Assembly: GCA_030264375.1 (NCBI GenBank)
Contig: JASCQW010000072.1
Span: 38,673,109-38,737,108 of the forward strand
From: Carcharhinus longimanus
Lineage: Eukaryota
Direction: 5' to 3'
Length of the DNA stretch: 64,000 nucleotides
Shown: piece by piece, positions 1 through 12,039 of the stretch
Layout of the letters: every line of letters starts with the position of its first letter
Numbering within the stretch: the first letter of the stretch is position 1
Program-made: the position numbers and the translations under genes
Notes under the pieces: model-generated
Database searches by the model: none
What the model was told of the DNA's origin: nothing
Seen by the model: the letters and a program-made list of their open reading frames with translations, nothing else

Positions 1-144
1 CATAGTGAATCATTAATTTTGAGAACCACAGGAAACTGTAAGTGAACAGCAATTAAATAATGTAATGTAAAGGGAAAAAACTGACAGGTTGAATTTAATA
101 TCAGTAAGTTTTTAGATAGAACATTTTGGTTAAAAAAAGTGGGT

Positions 145-2720
145 ACAAAATTGTTATGTTACCACATGAGTAATCCTGAGGCCTGTCTAATGGCCTGGTA
201 TGAAAATCTCACCAAGGCAGCTGGGAAATGTAAACTTAGTTAATTAAAACAAATAAAACTAGTATCAGTCACGATGACCATGAAACTAGTGAATGGTCAT
301 TAAAACCCATCTGGTTCCCTAATGTCCTTTAGAGAAGGAAATCTGCTACCCTTACTCGGTACAGATATATGTAACTTGAGACCCAGGGCAACGTGGCTGA
401 CTCTAAATTATCCACTCAAGTGGCCCAGCAAGTTATATTAAACTGCAATGAAAATGTCCAACATAGATTACAGACAGATAGACCACCCAGCATTGACCTA
501 GGCACTGGACATGACAAAGGCATACCGAGCTCAGTCACCCCTGCAAAGTTCTCCATACTATCATCTGGAGACTTGTGCTAAAATTAGCGGAGCAACAGCC
601 TGACATAACCATATTCACAGAATCATACCTTTAAACTAACATCCCAGGTTCCTTAGTGATAATCGCTGGGTATGATCTGTTTCACTGCTGGGATAGACCT
701 ATCAGAGATGGCAGCAAAGTGGCATATAGTCAGGTGGGAGTTGCCTGTGAAGTCATTAACATTGAATCCAGACCTCATGAAAGCTTGCGGCATCAGGTCA
801 AATATGGGCAAGGAAACCTTCCGCTGATTGTCACCTAGTATCCTGTGTAAGCTGATGAACCAGTGCTCCTCCATGTTGAGCATAGAGAGTATTTAGCAAG
901 GGCACAGAAGGAGCTGCCCGAAGCCTGGTGGATATAGCTGTCAGACAGGACTTGCAGCAGATGGTGAGAGAACTAATTGGTGAAACATGACCTTGTCTTC
1001 ACAAATCCATCTGTTAAAGCTGCATCGGTCTATTATAGACCAGCCACACAGTCATTGAGGAGGTGAAGTATTCTTGCTGTAGCACCATCATTGTGTTAAA
1101 TAGAATAGATTCAGAACAGATCTAGCAGCTCAAAACAGGGCAATTGTGAAGCACTGGCCCATCAGCAGAAGCAGAACTGTATTCCACCACAATCTCATAG
1201 TTTGACATAACCCATTCTACCATTGTCACCAAGGCAACTGACAAGCAGCGCAGGAGATCATGCCAGGGGAGCTAAAAATAAGATGCTAACTTGGTATGCA
1301 TAACACAGGATTATTTGCATGCTATACAAAGTTTGCTCTAGTCAGAGCTAGGCAGAATCACCACCAACAGATCAGATCAAAGCTCTGCAGTCTACCACAC
1401 AGTCATGGATTGTGATGGATACTTTAAAAAAAAGGAAAGAGGAGGCTTCACAAACATCCCCATCCTCAGTGAAGGCAGAGATCAGCATGTGAATGCAAAA
1501 ACAAGGCTGAAAGGTTTGTAACGTCTTCAACCAGAACTGTCAAGTAGATCCATCTCGACCTCCTCCTAGAGTGCTCATCATTACTAATGCCACTTTTCAA
1601 CTAATTTACTTTATTCCACATGACATCAGGAAACATCATGCACACTGCATACAGCAATGGCTATGGGCCCTGACAACGTCTCAGCTGTAACGCTGAACAA
1701 CCGTGCTCTAGAATTAGCTGAGCCCCTAACTTATCTCTTCTATTTGAATCTGCCTGGCAATGTGGAAAATTATCAAAATATGTCCAGTCCACTGAAAGCA
1801 GGACAAATCCAACATAGCCAAATTATCTCTCCATCAGACTACTCTCAGTCATCAGCAGAATGATGGAAGATATCAAGTGATATTTATCAGAAATATTGCC
1901 ATCAAGCAATATTTACCAGAAATATGCTCACTGATACTGAGCTTGGGTTCCAGCAGGACCATTCAGCTTCAGACTTCATTACAACATTGATCCAAACATG
2001 GACAAAGAGCTGAAAGTGATTGTTCTTTACATCAAACTGCATTTGATTGAGTGTGAAATCAAGAAGACTTCTCAAAGTTGAAGTCAATAGGAATTAGGAG
2101 AAAAGCTCTCCATTAGCTGGGTTCATACTTAGTACACAGTAAGATAGTTGCTGTTGGTTAAGCCCAATTATCTTAGCTCCAGGACACTGCAGCTGGAGCT
2201 CCTCAGGGTAATGATCAAGACCCAACCATCTTCAGCTTCTTTGTCATTGACTTCCCTCCTAAATAAGGTCAGAAGTGCTGACATTTGCTGATAATTGCAC
2301 ACCGTCCAATTCTATTCACAACTCTCCAAACAATGAAGCAGTCCAACTCTGCATGCAGTGAGATCTGGCCAACTTCCAGGCTTGGGCAGAAAGGTGGTAA
2401 GTACTTCTTATGCCATAGAAGTGCCAAACAATTACCATCTTCAATAAGGGAGTGTCTGGCCACGTCCCCATGACCACATTCAATGGTGTTGCTACCCTTA
2501 ATCATCCCACTAACAAAACCCTAGGAGTCATTATTAACCAAAAACTTAACTGGACCAGCCAGACAAATACTCTGGCTTCAGGGGCAGACAGAAGTTGGGT
2601 ATTCTGAGGCTAATGCCTCACCTTCTGACTCCCCAGAGCATGCTCACCATTTGCAAGGCACAGATCAAGAGTGTGATGGAATGCTCTCCACTTACTTGAA
2701 CGAATGCAGTCCAACAATTC
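145..2720 (+). mobile_element. Degraded CR1/L2-group LINE (APE endonuclease + RT) with tRNA/SINE-like 5' end, 3'-truncated
   Basis: Remnants include AMGPDNVSAVTLNNRALELAEPL, a GAPQG motif near 2195 and an FADN-like motif near 2285. It is colinear with the copy at 60520-63720 and has many frameshifts. Confidence 0.85.
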
Positions 2721-2721
2721 T

Positions 2722-3640
2722 TCCACACTCCCCAGGCCCCTTCCTCCTCCTCAGTGGCATCTGTCTGGTTCCCCTCCTCCTCCAGGATATCTCCCCATTG
2801 CTGCCCCAGATTGTGGAGCACACAGCAGACCACCACAATGCAGGATGCACACAGGGGGCTGTACTGGAGGGCACTGCCAGAGTAGTCCAGGTAGCAGAAC
2901 CACATCTTCAAGAGCTCGATGGGTGGCAGCATGGGTCTCTGCATTGATCTCAGGCCTCCACACTGGAGTCATCAGCCAAGAACTCAGTGGGCAGCCTTTG
3001 TCCCCCATCAGCCATCCTGGCAGCCTGGGCTGCCCCTCAAAGAGGCTGGATATGTCAGAACTTCAAAGGGTGTAGCTATAATGCACACTCCATGGGTGCC
3101 ATACACACACATGCAACCATTGGTCATGCACAATCTGAATGTTCAGGGACTGAACACCTTCTTGTTGATGAAGCACAGTGCCTGATTATGCGGGGACCAC
3201 AGGGTGTACTGCGTGCCATCTACAGCTCCCTGCATATGGGGCATCCCAGAAAAGGTGGCGAAGCTGCAGCACAGGCTTCCTGTTGAGTATGGCCCACGTC
3301 AAAGTGGATGTAACTACCTGCCTGGATGTACAGGGCTTCTGTCACCACATAGAAGCATGTACACGGAGATTCCAGGCATCCAGCATCTCTGCTGGAAGAA
3401 CCCAGAGGCGTAGAAGTTGAGTCACCATGACCTTCATGGCGACTGGGAGTGAGTGTCTTCCTATCCCATGAGGACACCCAGATCCACACTGTCCCCTTAC
3501 TGAGATGCAGTCTGTGGTGGCACATGGTATCTGTCAGGGCCAGTTGGTGCTCAGTGATACTCACCTCCTCGCTCCTCTTCATTACTGCTTCATTACAGTT
3601 TACTGAGCACCTGTAATTCACTCCGGTGTAATGTCATGCC
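2722..3640 (-). mobile_element. PIF/Harbinger DDE transposase remnant (HARBI1-like)
   Basis: Fragments WLMGDKGCPLSSWLMTP and IELLKMWFCYLDYSGSALQYSP...IVVVCCVLHN match the DDE_Tnp_4 pattern GDxGYPLxxWLMTP / LKxRFRCLDxSGGALQYSP..CCVLHN. Frameshifted. Confidence 0.85.
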
Positions 3641-4137
3641 TGAGATCTGGGAGCTGAGCATAAATCTGATTTTCACTAAGTCTTGCCATACTATTCGACA
3701 GGTGCAGCACACTGGTAAGATCACACCCGAGGACTGCAAGTATATTCTCAATGTTAGTTTTATGTGTCCATGATTAATGCCTTTGCCAATATTTCATTTA
3801 TTCCCTTTTTTATGGTCTGTCCTCATTTTATAACATTCTCAAACTGGAGAAGGCAAAACGCAGCCTGTGAACGTGCACCTGCCATTGTTCCTTTTTAGAA
3901 GGTCAGCAGAAGCACTGCAGGTTGACAGGCCAGCTATTCATTCATTCTACTGCACCAAACAGCCGAGGCAGGGTCATAAATCTGTGCATGCATGACAGAG
4001 TGTTAGGAGTGGGGCATGGGAGGCAAATCCATATACTTGCTCAACTTAAGGTCAGCACTAGAGTACCGTAATCTATCCCTCTGATCTGCATTTTACTAAG
4101 ATTGAACTTTTAATAAATTTAATGCAAATAAATTTAA

Positions 4138-4503
4138 TGAGCTTTTTAAACTTGAGAACAAACTTTGCAGTCATATTTTGATTGAATTCCGGGAGGGTGG
4201 GAGGGGGTGGGGGGGGGTGGGGGGAAACGGACATTGCTATCAGGACCATAATAATAAATAACACAAAACTTCTATGATGTGGCTGGCAGTTGTTATAATC
4301 CAAAATACACTTTGTTTCTTTGGCGCTGAACCCATACTTGAGTCTCATTGCATGCAATCAAATGTTAATTCGCACCGAATCATGTAGAACAGTTACATTG
4401 TGAAGGTAAATGGGCTATCATAGGCACTTCAGAGGAATTTGATTGTGAAGTTTCACTGTGTTTACACTTTTTACAATGCATACGTTGGGCATGATATCTT
4501 TAT
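4138..4503. repeat. Direct local duplication, copy 1 (~365 bp)
   Basis: Aligns by eye with 5151-5510 over its full length (tgagctttttaaacttgagaacaaactttgcagtc...caatgcatacgttgggca). Confidence 0.95.
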
Positions 4504-4534
4504 GGTACAAAACCATGTGGACCAGAAAGTACAA

Positions 4535-4765
4535 CTTTAATTCTGGTCTGTGCTGATCTCAGTAAGAAAAGCAAATGATCTCAACAAGTGGTCCTTGTGG
4601 CCCCAAGGATTAGGAAGGGGAGAAACATAATTTGCCATGGTCCTACTGCCTTTCACATTCACTATCCAATGACATTTGCAAGGAAATGTGTATGTGTGGG
4701 GGTCAAATGAACAGCATAGAGTTTGGTTGTGATGCCCGCCATGTGCAAACAGCTTCTTTAACATA
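4535..4765 (+). mobile_element. Old SINE-like repeat fragment
   Basis: ctggtctgtgctgatctcag...ctatccaatgac...gttgtgatgccc resembles a dispersed elasmobranch SINE; recognised from memory only. Confidence 0.4.
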
Positions 4766-5150
4766 AAGAATGACATTTATAAAAGTGAAACTGTATACTA
4801 CCAGCAAAAGACTTGGCTTCTGCAGAGAAGTAAAGGCAGAATATCAGAAGAAAGAAAATAGTTCAAAGCGGAGTTTCCAGCAATCCATAAAAAGATCAAT
4901 AAAATGAGCCATGCCTGTGACGGCTGCATGAAAAGGAAACCATATGGTTTGCAAATATAGTTTGCCCATGATGTTTCTTTACAACAGACCAACAATAATT
5001 AAAATAGTACAGCTATATCAGGTGCCCTTCATTTTGTCCCTGCTAGGATATCAAGAAGTCAGCATATTTTTGCACAGTGGAAAATTCTTTCTCTGCTGAA
5101 TCACATAAACTAATCTCTCAATAAAGCTGATTTACCTTTTATGTATATGT

Positions 5151-5510
5151 TGAGCTTTTTAAACTTGAGAACAAACTTTGCAGTCATATTTGATTGAATT
5201 CTGGGAGCGCAGGGTTTGGGGAGGGTGTTGGAAAAGGATATTGCTATCAGGATCATAATACTAAATAACACAAAACTTCTATGGTATGGCTGGCAGTTGT
5301 TATAATCCAAAATACACTTTGTTTCTTTGGCGCTGAACCCATACTTGAATCTCACTGCATGCAATCAAATGTTAATTTGCACCGAATCATGTGGAACAGT
5401 TACATTGTGAAGGTAAATGGGCTATCGTAGGCACTTCACAGGAGTTTGATTGTGAAGGTACACTGTGTTTACACTTTTTACAATGCATACGTTGGGCACG
5501 ATATTTTTAT
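5151..5510. repeat. Direct local duplication, copy 2
   Basis: See 4138-4503; the copies differ by scattered substitutions and a divergent G-rich patch. Confidence 0.95.
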
Positions 5511-5844
5511 TACAAATTTTCTTACAGACTTTGCAGTGACCACTTTGAACCACCATTAAACTTGATGTAAAGGCATCATCATTGGAAGAAATTGCAAAAG
5601 TGTAATTATTAACACTGATTAATAAAGCACCTCTTCAGGTCAAGACAAACAGAAAAAAAATTCTGCTGTGCATTACATGGAGGAGAAACCTAAATGAATT
5701 TTTCAATGATGCATTTATGGAAATCTTTGTCTAAAGTATTGTTTTATGTGCCTTATATCACATATGATTTGAAAATAGTTAAGCAGGTTCCAGATGCAGC
5801 CAAGACCTGTTTAAACAAGCTCCTTTCCTAGTGATATACTGTGT

Positions 5845-7480
5845 GAGAGCTATAACCCAGTTGGTAGCATTCCCACGTGAGTCATAAGGATGTGGATTTG
5901 AAAATCATTCCAACACTTGAGCACAAAAATCAATACTGACCCTCCAGTACAGTGCTAAGGAAGTCAGACAGCAACCTGTTTACTCTCAGGAAAAGATTTT
6001 TAAAAATGCTATGATTATGAAGAACAGCAGATAAGTTATCTCTGCAGCCGCTGTAATCTGAAACAAAAACAGAAAATGCTGGAAAATCTCAGCAGATCTG
6101 ACAGCATCTGTGAATGGAAAATAGAGCCAACGTTGCGAGTCTGGATGATCCTTCATCAAAGCCGAAGGTAATAGGAAATAGAATGAAATTTATACTGTTA
6201 AGCTGGGGGAGGGGGAAATTGACAAAGATGTCATAGACAAAAAGACAAAGGGAATATGAATGGTGGGGATCATGGCTAAGAAAAGTGCTGATAACAGCCA
6301 TTAAGGGATCAGGATATGTGAATGGCAGAACAAAGGTGAGCAAAGTGTCAAAGAACAATCTGAGACATGTAACAGATGGCCCAAGAGGGATGGGGAAACA
6401 GTGGTGGGGAAAAAAGATGGAAAGTGAGATTTTAAAAAAGTGGACAAATGAAATGATGGAAGTAATGAAAATAAAAAACAAATAAATTGAAATAAAACAA
6501 AATGAATGGAAATGGGGTGAAGGCAGAAAAGAGAGTTCATGCTCTAAAGCTGTTGAGCTTAATGTTAAGAATGGAAGCCTGCAAAGTGCCTAATCAAAAA
6601 TGAGATGCTGTTCCTCCACCTTTTGTTGGGCTTTACTGAAACATTGCAACAGGCCAAGGATAGACACATGACAGAAGGATGGGGTGTTGGAATGGCAAGT
6701 GGCAGGAAGGTCTGAGTCCTGCTTGCATACCGAACAAAGGTGTTCTGCAAAGTGGTCACCCAATCTGCGTTTGGTCTCTCTAATGTAAAATCAACTGCAT
6801 TCAGAGCAGCAAATGCAATAGACCAGGTTAAAGGAGGTGCACATAGTGTGCTGCTTCACCTGAAAAGAGTGTTTAGTCCCTTGGAGTTGTGAGCAGGGAG
6901 GAGGTAATGGGGCAGGTGTTGCACTTTCTGCGATTGCATGGAAAGCTGCGGTGGGCAGGGGGTGAGATAATAAGTGTGATGGAGGAGTGGACCAGGGTGC
7001 CCTGGAGGGAATGATAACTGCAGAATGCAGACAGGGGCAGTGAGGAGAAGGTGTGTTTGGTGGTGGCATCATGCTGGTGTTGGTGAAAATGACAGAAGAT
7101 AATCCTTTGAAAGTGGAGGCTGATGGGGTGGAAAGTGAGGACAAGTGGGACCCTATCTTGATTCTGGGAGCAGGGGAGTGGGTGAGAGCAGTGGCATGGC
7201 AGATGAGTCAGATATGGTTAAGAGGCCTGCCAACCACTGTGAGTGGAAACCATGACTAAAGGAAGAATTCTCTGTTGACCTGGCCAATATTTATCCTTCA
7301 ATTAATATCACGGGGAAAAAAAATCAAGTTGCATTTTGTGGGAGTTTGCTACGTACAAACTGACTGCTGTCTTTCCTACATTTCCAACAGTGACTACATT
7401 TCAAAGTACTTTATTGGCTGTAAACCCTTTTTGGAATCCTGTGATCATTAAAGGTGCTATATAAATGCAAGTCCTCCTTT
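5845..7480 (+). mobile_element. DeuSINE (SacSINE1-like) split by a Penelope insertion: head ~5845-6045, Deu domain and L2-type tail ~7262-7480
   Basis: tRNA-like head cagttggtagcattcc..., then cctggccaatatttatccttcaa...gtgactacatttcaaagtactttattggctgtaaa...ggtgctatataaatgcaag. Confidence 0.7.
6050..7258 (-). mobile_element. Penelope-like element fragment with GIY-YIG endonuclease remnant and terminal repeat
   Basis: The minus strand gives HSFQVKQHTMCTSFNLVYCICCSEC followed by an ETKRRLGD.FAEHL-like GIY-YIG sequence. The terminal part reads aaacagaaaatgctggaaaatctcagcag. Confidence 0.85.
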
Positions 7481-8267
7481 TTGTTAAAAACAATACTAGC
7501 TAATTGTTGTACCAGCTGGTTTTACACTCAGCTGCAGTTGTCAGCACAGGAGCATGTTTAAGCAAGCAGCTCGACATTTCACCTGGAGACATTTATTATT
7601 TTAAAATGAAGCATGCTGCAGACAATCCCAATTCAATTTAAAGTTACTTTCTGCAATCTCTCAGGGTATTTCTGATTACTGCTTTTAGCAAATTATCTAC
7701 ATACAAATGAATTAAAAGCAATTTCATTGTTCATATCAATCAAACATAGAGCAAGGATTACCCTCACCAAGATGGTCATAAGGTGTTAACAAATATGCTT
7801 AATTGCGGTTTCAATCTACACACACTGCCCATTCTCAGTAGTCCATGTATCAGCAACCATTCCACCTGGCAATGCAGAATCTGTTTTTTGAGCCCTTTCT
7901 CATGCAATAATTAGGAATCCACCTGGGTTTAACTTCAACTTACATCACACAGCCTCCTTCATCAAATTACCAGGCTTTGTTCTCTCTTTCTCAAGCTTCT
8001 TAACAAGCTCCATTGCCATATTCTAACAAGACCTCAACACACTAATTCTACATCTCACACTTCTGCCAACCTGGCAAATTTCATACATCATGACTGACCA
8101 TATAATACTGATCAGACATGAGGGATTCAGGGGAAGGTGATAGATAATGCAAGCCTTAATAACGCAGCAGAAAACAGGAAAACATAATGGATCCTAAACA
8201 TTTCATGGAATGCTTTCAGTATTCATCTAAAGAACACAGATTCTGTAAGAAACTGTAAAATTATTTT

Positions 8268-8642
8268 TTCTTTATTCTTTCATAGGATGTGGACGCCGCT
8301 GGTCAGGTCAGGTCAGGCCAGGCCAGGCCAGGCCAGGCCAGGCTATCCCTAATTTTCCTTGAACTGAGTGGCTTGCTAGGCCACTTCAGAGGGCAGTCTG
8401 GAATCACACACTGATCAGAAAAGATAAGGATGACAGATTTTCTTTCCAAAGAACACTAACAAATCAGATGGGCTTTTATAACAATCAATGATAGTTCCAT
8501 GGTCACTATTACAGGAACTTGCTTTAATTGAATTTAAGTTCCACCAGCTGCCACAGTGGGTTTTGAACCCATGTCCCCATTATTGGCCTGGACCTCTGGA
8601 TTACTAATCCAATTGCATTACCATAACACCATTGTCTTCCCC
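8268..8642 (-). mobile_element. tRNA-derived SINE sharing its 5' body and 3' tail with the CR1/L2-group LINE; contains (GGTCA)3(GGCCA)5 at 8301-8340
   Basis: A-box-like TGGTGTTATGG, an anticodon-like arm tggattagtaatcca, B-box-like GGGTTCAAAACCC and tail ccacatcctatgaaagaataaa. Confidence 0.85.
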
Positions 8643-8884
8643 ATCAGTCCACATGAATCCATTGCAATTTTGTAACTATTAGCTCATGACAGCTATCCAA
8701 TATTATTTACAGAAGTTTTGATTTTCAAAAGTCACTTAGAAGTTGAGGATTGAAAATCTACATCCTCAAACCCTTTTCCAGTGGCAGACACACCTGCAAT
8801 CAGAAGTCACATTTTGTAGTAACAGAACTGAAACAGATTTGGGGAGTTGAATAGCCTTTTTCTGTGCTGTAACCATTCTATGAT

Positions 8885-9050
8885 TTGGTCATTATTACAA
8901 CCTTAGTGCAACCTTACTGTGTGCATCTTAATTGCCTTCTTTTCTTTACAATAGTGACTACACTTCAAAAGCAATCCCTTGTCTGTAAAACACTCTGTGA
9001 TATCCTAAGTTCACGAATGGCAATGTTCAAATACAAGACTTTCTTTCTTT
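8885..9050 (+). mobile_element. DeuSINE/L2 3' tail fragment
   Basis: acaatagtgactacacttcaaaag...ctgtaaaacac...aaatacaagactttctttcttt, similar to 7380-7480. Confidence 0.6.
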
Positions 9051-10300
9051 AAGCTTCTCTGTTACATTGCAGCCAGAGGTCACATAATGAATATTTTATT
9101 GTTATAATTCCAAAGTGAGGAGGAAACCTACATTTTACGCTAACCCATTTTCCTCACATTTTCAGCTTGAAGTGGGTATATGTAATGTATATTACGTTAT
9201 TTTATAATTGAATATTTATGTAAATGTCAGATCTTTAGAGTTTATGTTTTTTTTAAGTAGATTTGGATGTGGGCTGTGTTCAAAGCTCATCACGTGTTTT
9301 ACAATCTCCTTCAATGTCCTTGTTTCTAATCAAATGTGTTTTCATCATTTCATATATGTGGAATTTGCATGTACTTCAAATGCAGACAGGCTCATATCCA
9401 ACACATTGATATAAATCATACTGCCAATTAGAAATTTTAGACTTAGTTTAATTTTCCTGTTGGCAGTCTTTATGTTTAGAAAGCAACATGTAGTTTACAC
9501 ATTTTCTTTTAGCATTAGTCATCTTTCAGAATGTAGTTAGCAGTCCAGCAGCTGGATTCACACACCTTTGTTTGAAGATTATACGCATCATTAAGACAAA
9601 ATGGTTTGTTTCATTTGGATTAAGTAGTTAATTGTTAAACAAAATATAAATTTGACATCAATCACCAAAAACGTAACTGTGCTAAAAAATGTAAGTTCTT
9701 CGACAATTCAAATCAACATAAGTAGGCTTGGTTTTAAAAAAAAACTACCTTGTGCTAGAATCTATGGTCAGAGTACAGAGTATACGTTTACAGTAGTCAT
9801 GTTCAGGATTTACTCTGGACTGGGATAGTTGCTTCTGTGTTTGCCAGTCCTGATTAAAATGAATGGGGGAACAAGCTAGAAGGGCTAAGTAGCCTCCTTC
9901 TGCTCTTATTTTCGATCTCAACGCCTATCCTTGCTTCGATTCTTTGCAGGATATCAACCGAGCCTTTCAGAGAGGCTGGCAACACATTCTCAAGAACCTT
10001 TCCCGTCTAAAACTCTAAGAGATCGACGCTTGTTACCAGCGACCGTCGGAGACCACCATTTGGGATCGCCCTGACGGAAACCCTGGCTGGCTTTTCTTCG
10101 CCCCCACCCACCCGGCCTCCATGAACCGAGATTGCACTGAGGGCCACGGGACGAAGGAGGCCGTTAGACCGTCTTGTTACTAGCTCCGAGGAAAAGCTAT
10201 CCAGTGATTTGCACTCTCTCCCTTCCTCTGTTGTTGCAAAGTAGAGCAGAGGAAATGTAGATCGGGTGGGGGGGTGGGTAGGAAGATAGAATTTGATGTT

Positions 10301-11095
10301 TGTAAGAATGGTAAATGTTGTAAAATGCTCGGGGAGGAAGCATTGCGTGGTCCCTTTCAACGTTTTTTCTGTGCTCACAGAGTTAAACAAAATGCAAGTA
10401 CACAGAGTAACCAAACTGAAACATTAGTTTCGAACGACCAAGGGGCAATGTTACCAAGGCAACAGGCTTTTGAATTCAGCCAAACAATTTGGATCAAAGA
10501 ACAACACAGCACAGGAAGCAGGCCCTTCGGCCCAACAAGCCCGTGCCGCCACTATAACATTCAGTGCATGCCTCACCTACCTTCTTAGACCTATGACTTT
10601 TCTCTACGCCAGATTTGGGGAGGTCTAATTTAGGGACAATTTGTTAACAAGGCACTTAGATGCCGATTAAATTTAAATCTGATGGTTTTGACCACAAGTC
10701 CTACTGTGGGAAATGTTGATACGTACAAAAGAAGGGGACACTGGGACAAAAAGAGAGAGCAACTGCCAAAGGAATCAGCTCAACACTCTCTCTCTCTCTC
10801 TCTCCGAGAGAGAAACAGGATTGTTGGCTCTCGTGGCTTCATCTATACCTTAGAGAAAGCACCGTCTCGACAGCAAAGAAGAAATAAGTTCCAGACAGAA
10901 AAATCAACAGAGAAAACCCAGAATATTCCAGAGGAGACAAAACCCGGTTGTAATTTAGGGAGTCACTCAGTTCTATTTTCGTTAATGACTGTCCATTCGA
11001 ATCTTGTTTCATTCGGGAATAGTAAGGAAGGATTTATTCGGGTTGGTAATAGTTTAGTTAATCTTGTAAGTGTTAGTTAGATAAATAAATTATTA
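10301..11095 (+). mobile_element. Probable LTR (solo LTR-like), interrupted by a CR1 3' tail at ~10497-10600 (-)
   Basis: Begins TGTAAG and has LTR-like composition with (CT)n/(GA)n and an AATAAA-rich end. The 3' CA end is not visible. Confidence 0.4.
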
Positions 11096-11098
11096 TGC

Positions 11099-11742
11099 TT
11101 TTTTATTTCAAAAATATACTTTGTTCATAAATACTCTGAAATAAGACACTGCAAAAACATTTACAATAATTTCAAACCGTGCAAAAAACAATCATTTTTA
11201 CAAAACTTTATGGTGCTCTGTACCAAGACATTCCATTTATAACAGTTCAGTTGTTCAACAAACTATACATTTGCCGTATTTCACTGTATGCTTTTACAGA
11301 GCTGCGCACAATTGTACAGTCCGAGGGGTTTTTTTTACAGTTACTGGACCCTCGGTCTGCCTTGATTGAAAGGCCACCATTTAAAGCTTTAAAAAGGCTT
11401 TAAACACTGGACTTTCCTCATTGTGCCTTTGTGGCGGCTGCCCTGAGCTTGGGAGCATCCCTCAGCAGGTCGTCCTGGACCTTGGAATGTGCCAGTCTAC
11501 AACACGCGGCCGAGGACACTGGAAGATCAGCAAGTTTCGGACGGACCAAAGTGCGTCCTTCACCGAGCTGATGAGCCTCCGGCAGCAGTTGATATTTGTC
11601 TCGGTGTGCGCCCCCGGTAAACAGCCTGTAGAGCGCAGAGTCCCGCGTCGCCGAGCTGCTGGGGACCAACCTCGACAAATACTCACTCCAGACCTTCTTT
11701 GCACAGGCACACTCCGCAAGGAGGTGTGCGACTGTCTCATCG
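11099..11742 (-). mobile_element. Tx1-clade (L1 group) non-LTR retrotransposon 3' end with A-rich tail
   Basis: Fragments SRLVPSSSATRDSALYRLF / PGAHTETNINCCRRLISSVKDALWSVRNLLIFQC / CCRLAHSKVQD..LRDAPKLRAAATKAQ resemble a Tx1 ORF2 C-terminus. CpG-rich. Confidence 0.8.
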
Positions 11743-11842
11743 NNNNNNNNNNNNNNNNNNNNNNNNNNNNNNNNNNNNNNNNNNNNNNNNNNNNNNNNNN
11801 NNNNNNNNNNNNNNNNNNNNNNNNNNNNNNNNNNNNNNNNNN

Positions 11843-12005
11843 CTTGTGAGGTACCTTGTCAAACGCCTTCTGAAAATCAAGAAAGACCACATCCACCGGC
11901 TCTCCTTTATCCACCGCCCCAGACACATCCTCATAGAACTCCAGTAAATTTGTCAGACACGACTTCCCTTTAACGAAACCGTGTTGCGTCTGCTCAATCA
12001 AGCAG
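11843..12005 (-). mobile_element. Young CR1 LINE RT fragment
   Basis: QHGFVKGKSCLTNLLEFYEDVSGAVDKGEPVDVVFLDFQKAFDKVPHK. Confidence 0.92.
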
Positions 12006-12039
12006 TTCCCCTCAAGATGCCAGCAGTTCTCCTCAAGAT

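Noticed and set aside
2722-3640. Domesticated HARBI1 gene
   Set aside because: Frameshifted and stop-containing; an ordinary transposase relic.
4138-5510. Small LTR element (TRIM) interpretation of the direct repeats
   Set aside because: No CA 3' ends, PBS, PPT or TSD identifiable.
7770-8090. Protein-like minus-strand frame (MELVKKLEKERTKPGNLMKEAV...)
   Set aside because: Several in-frame stops and no family recognised; cannot be supported without a homology search.
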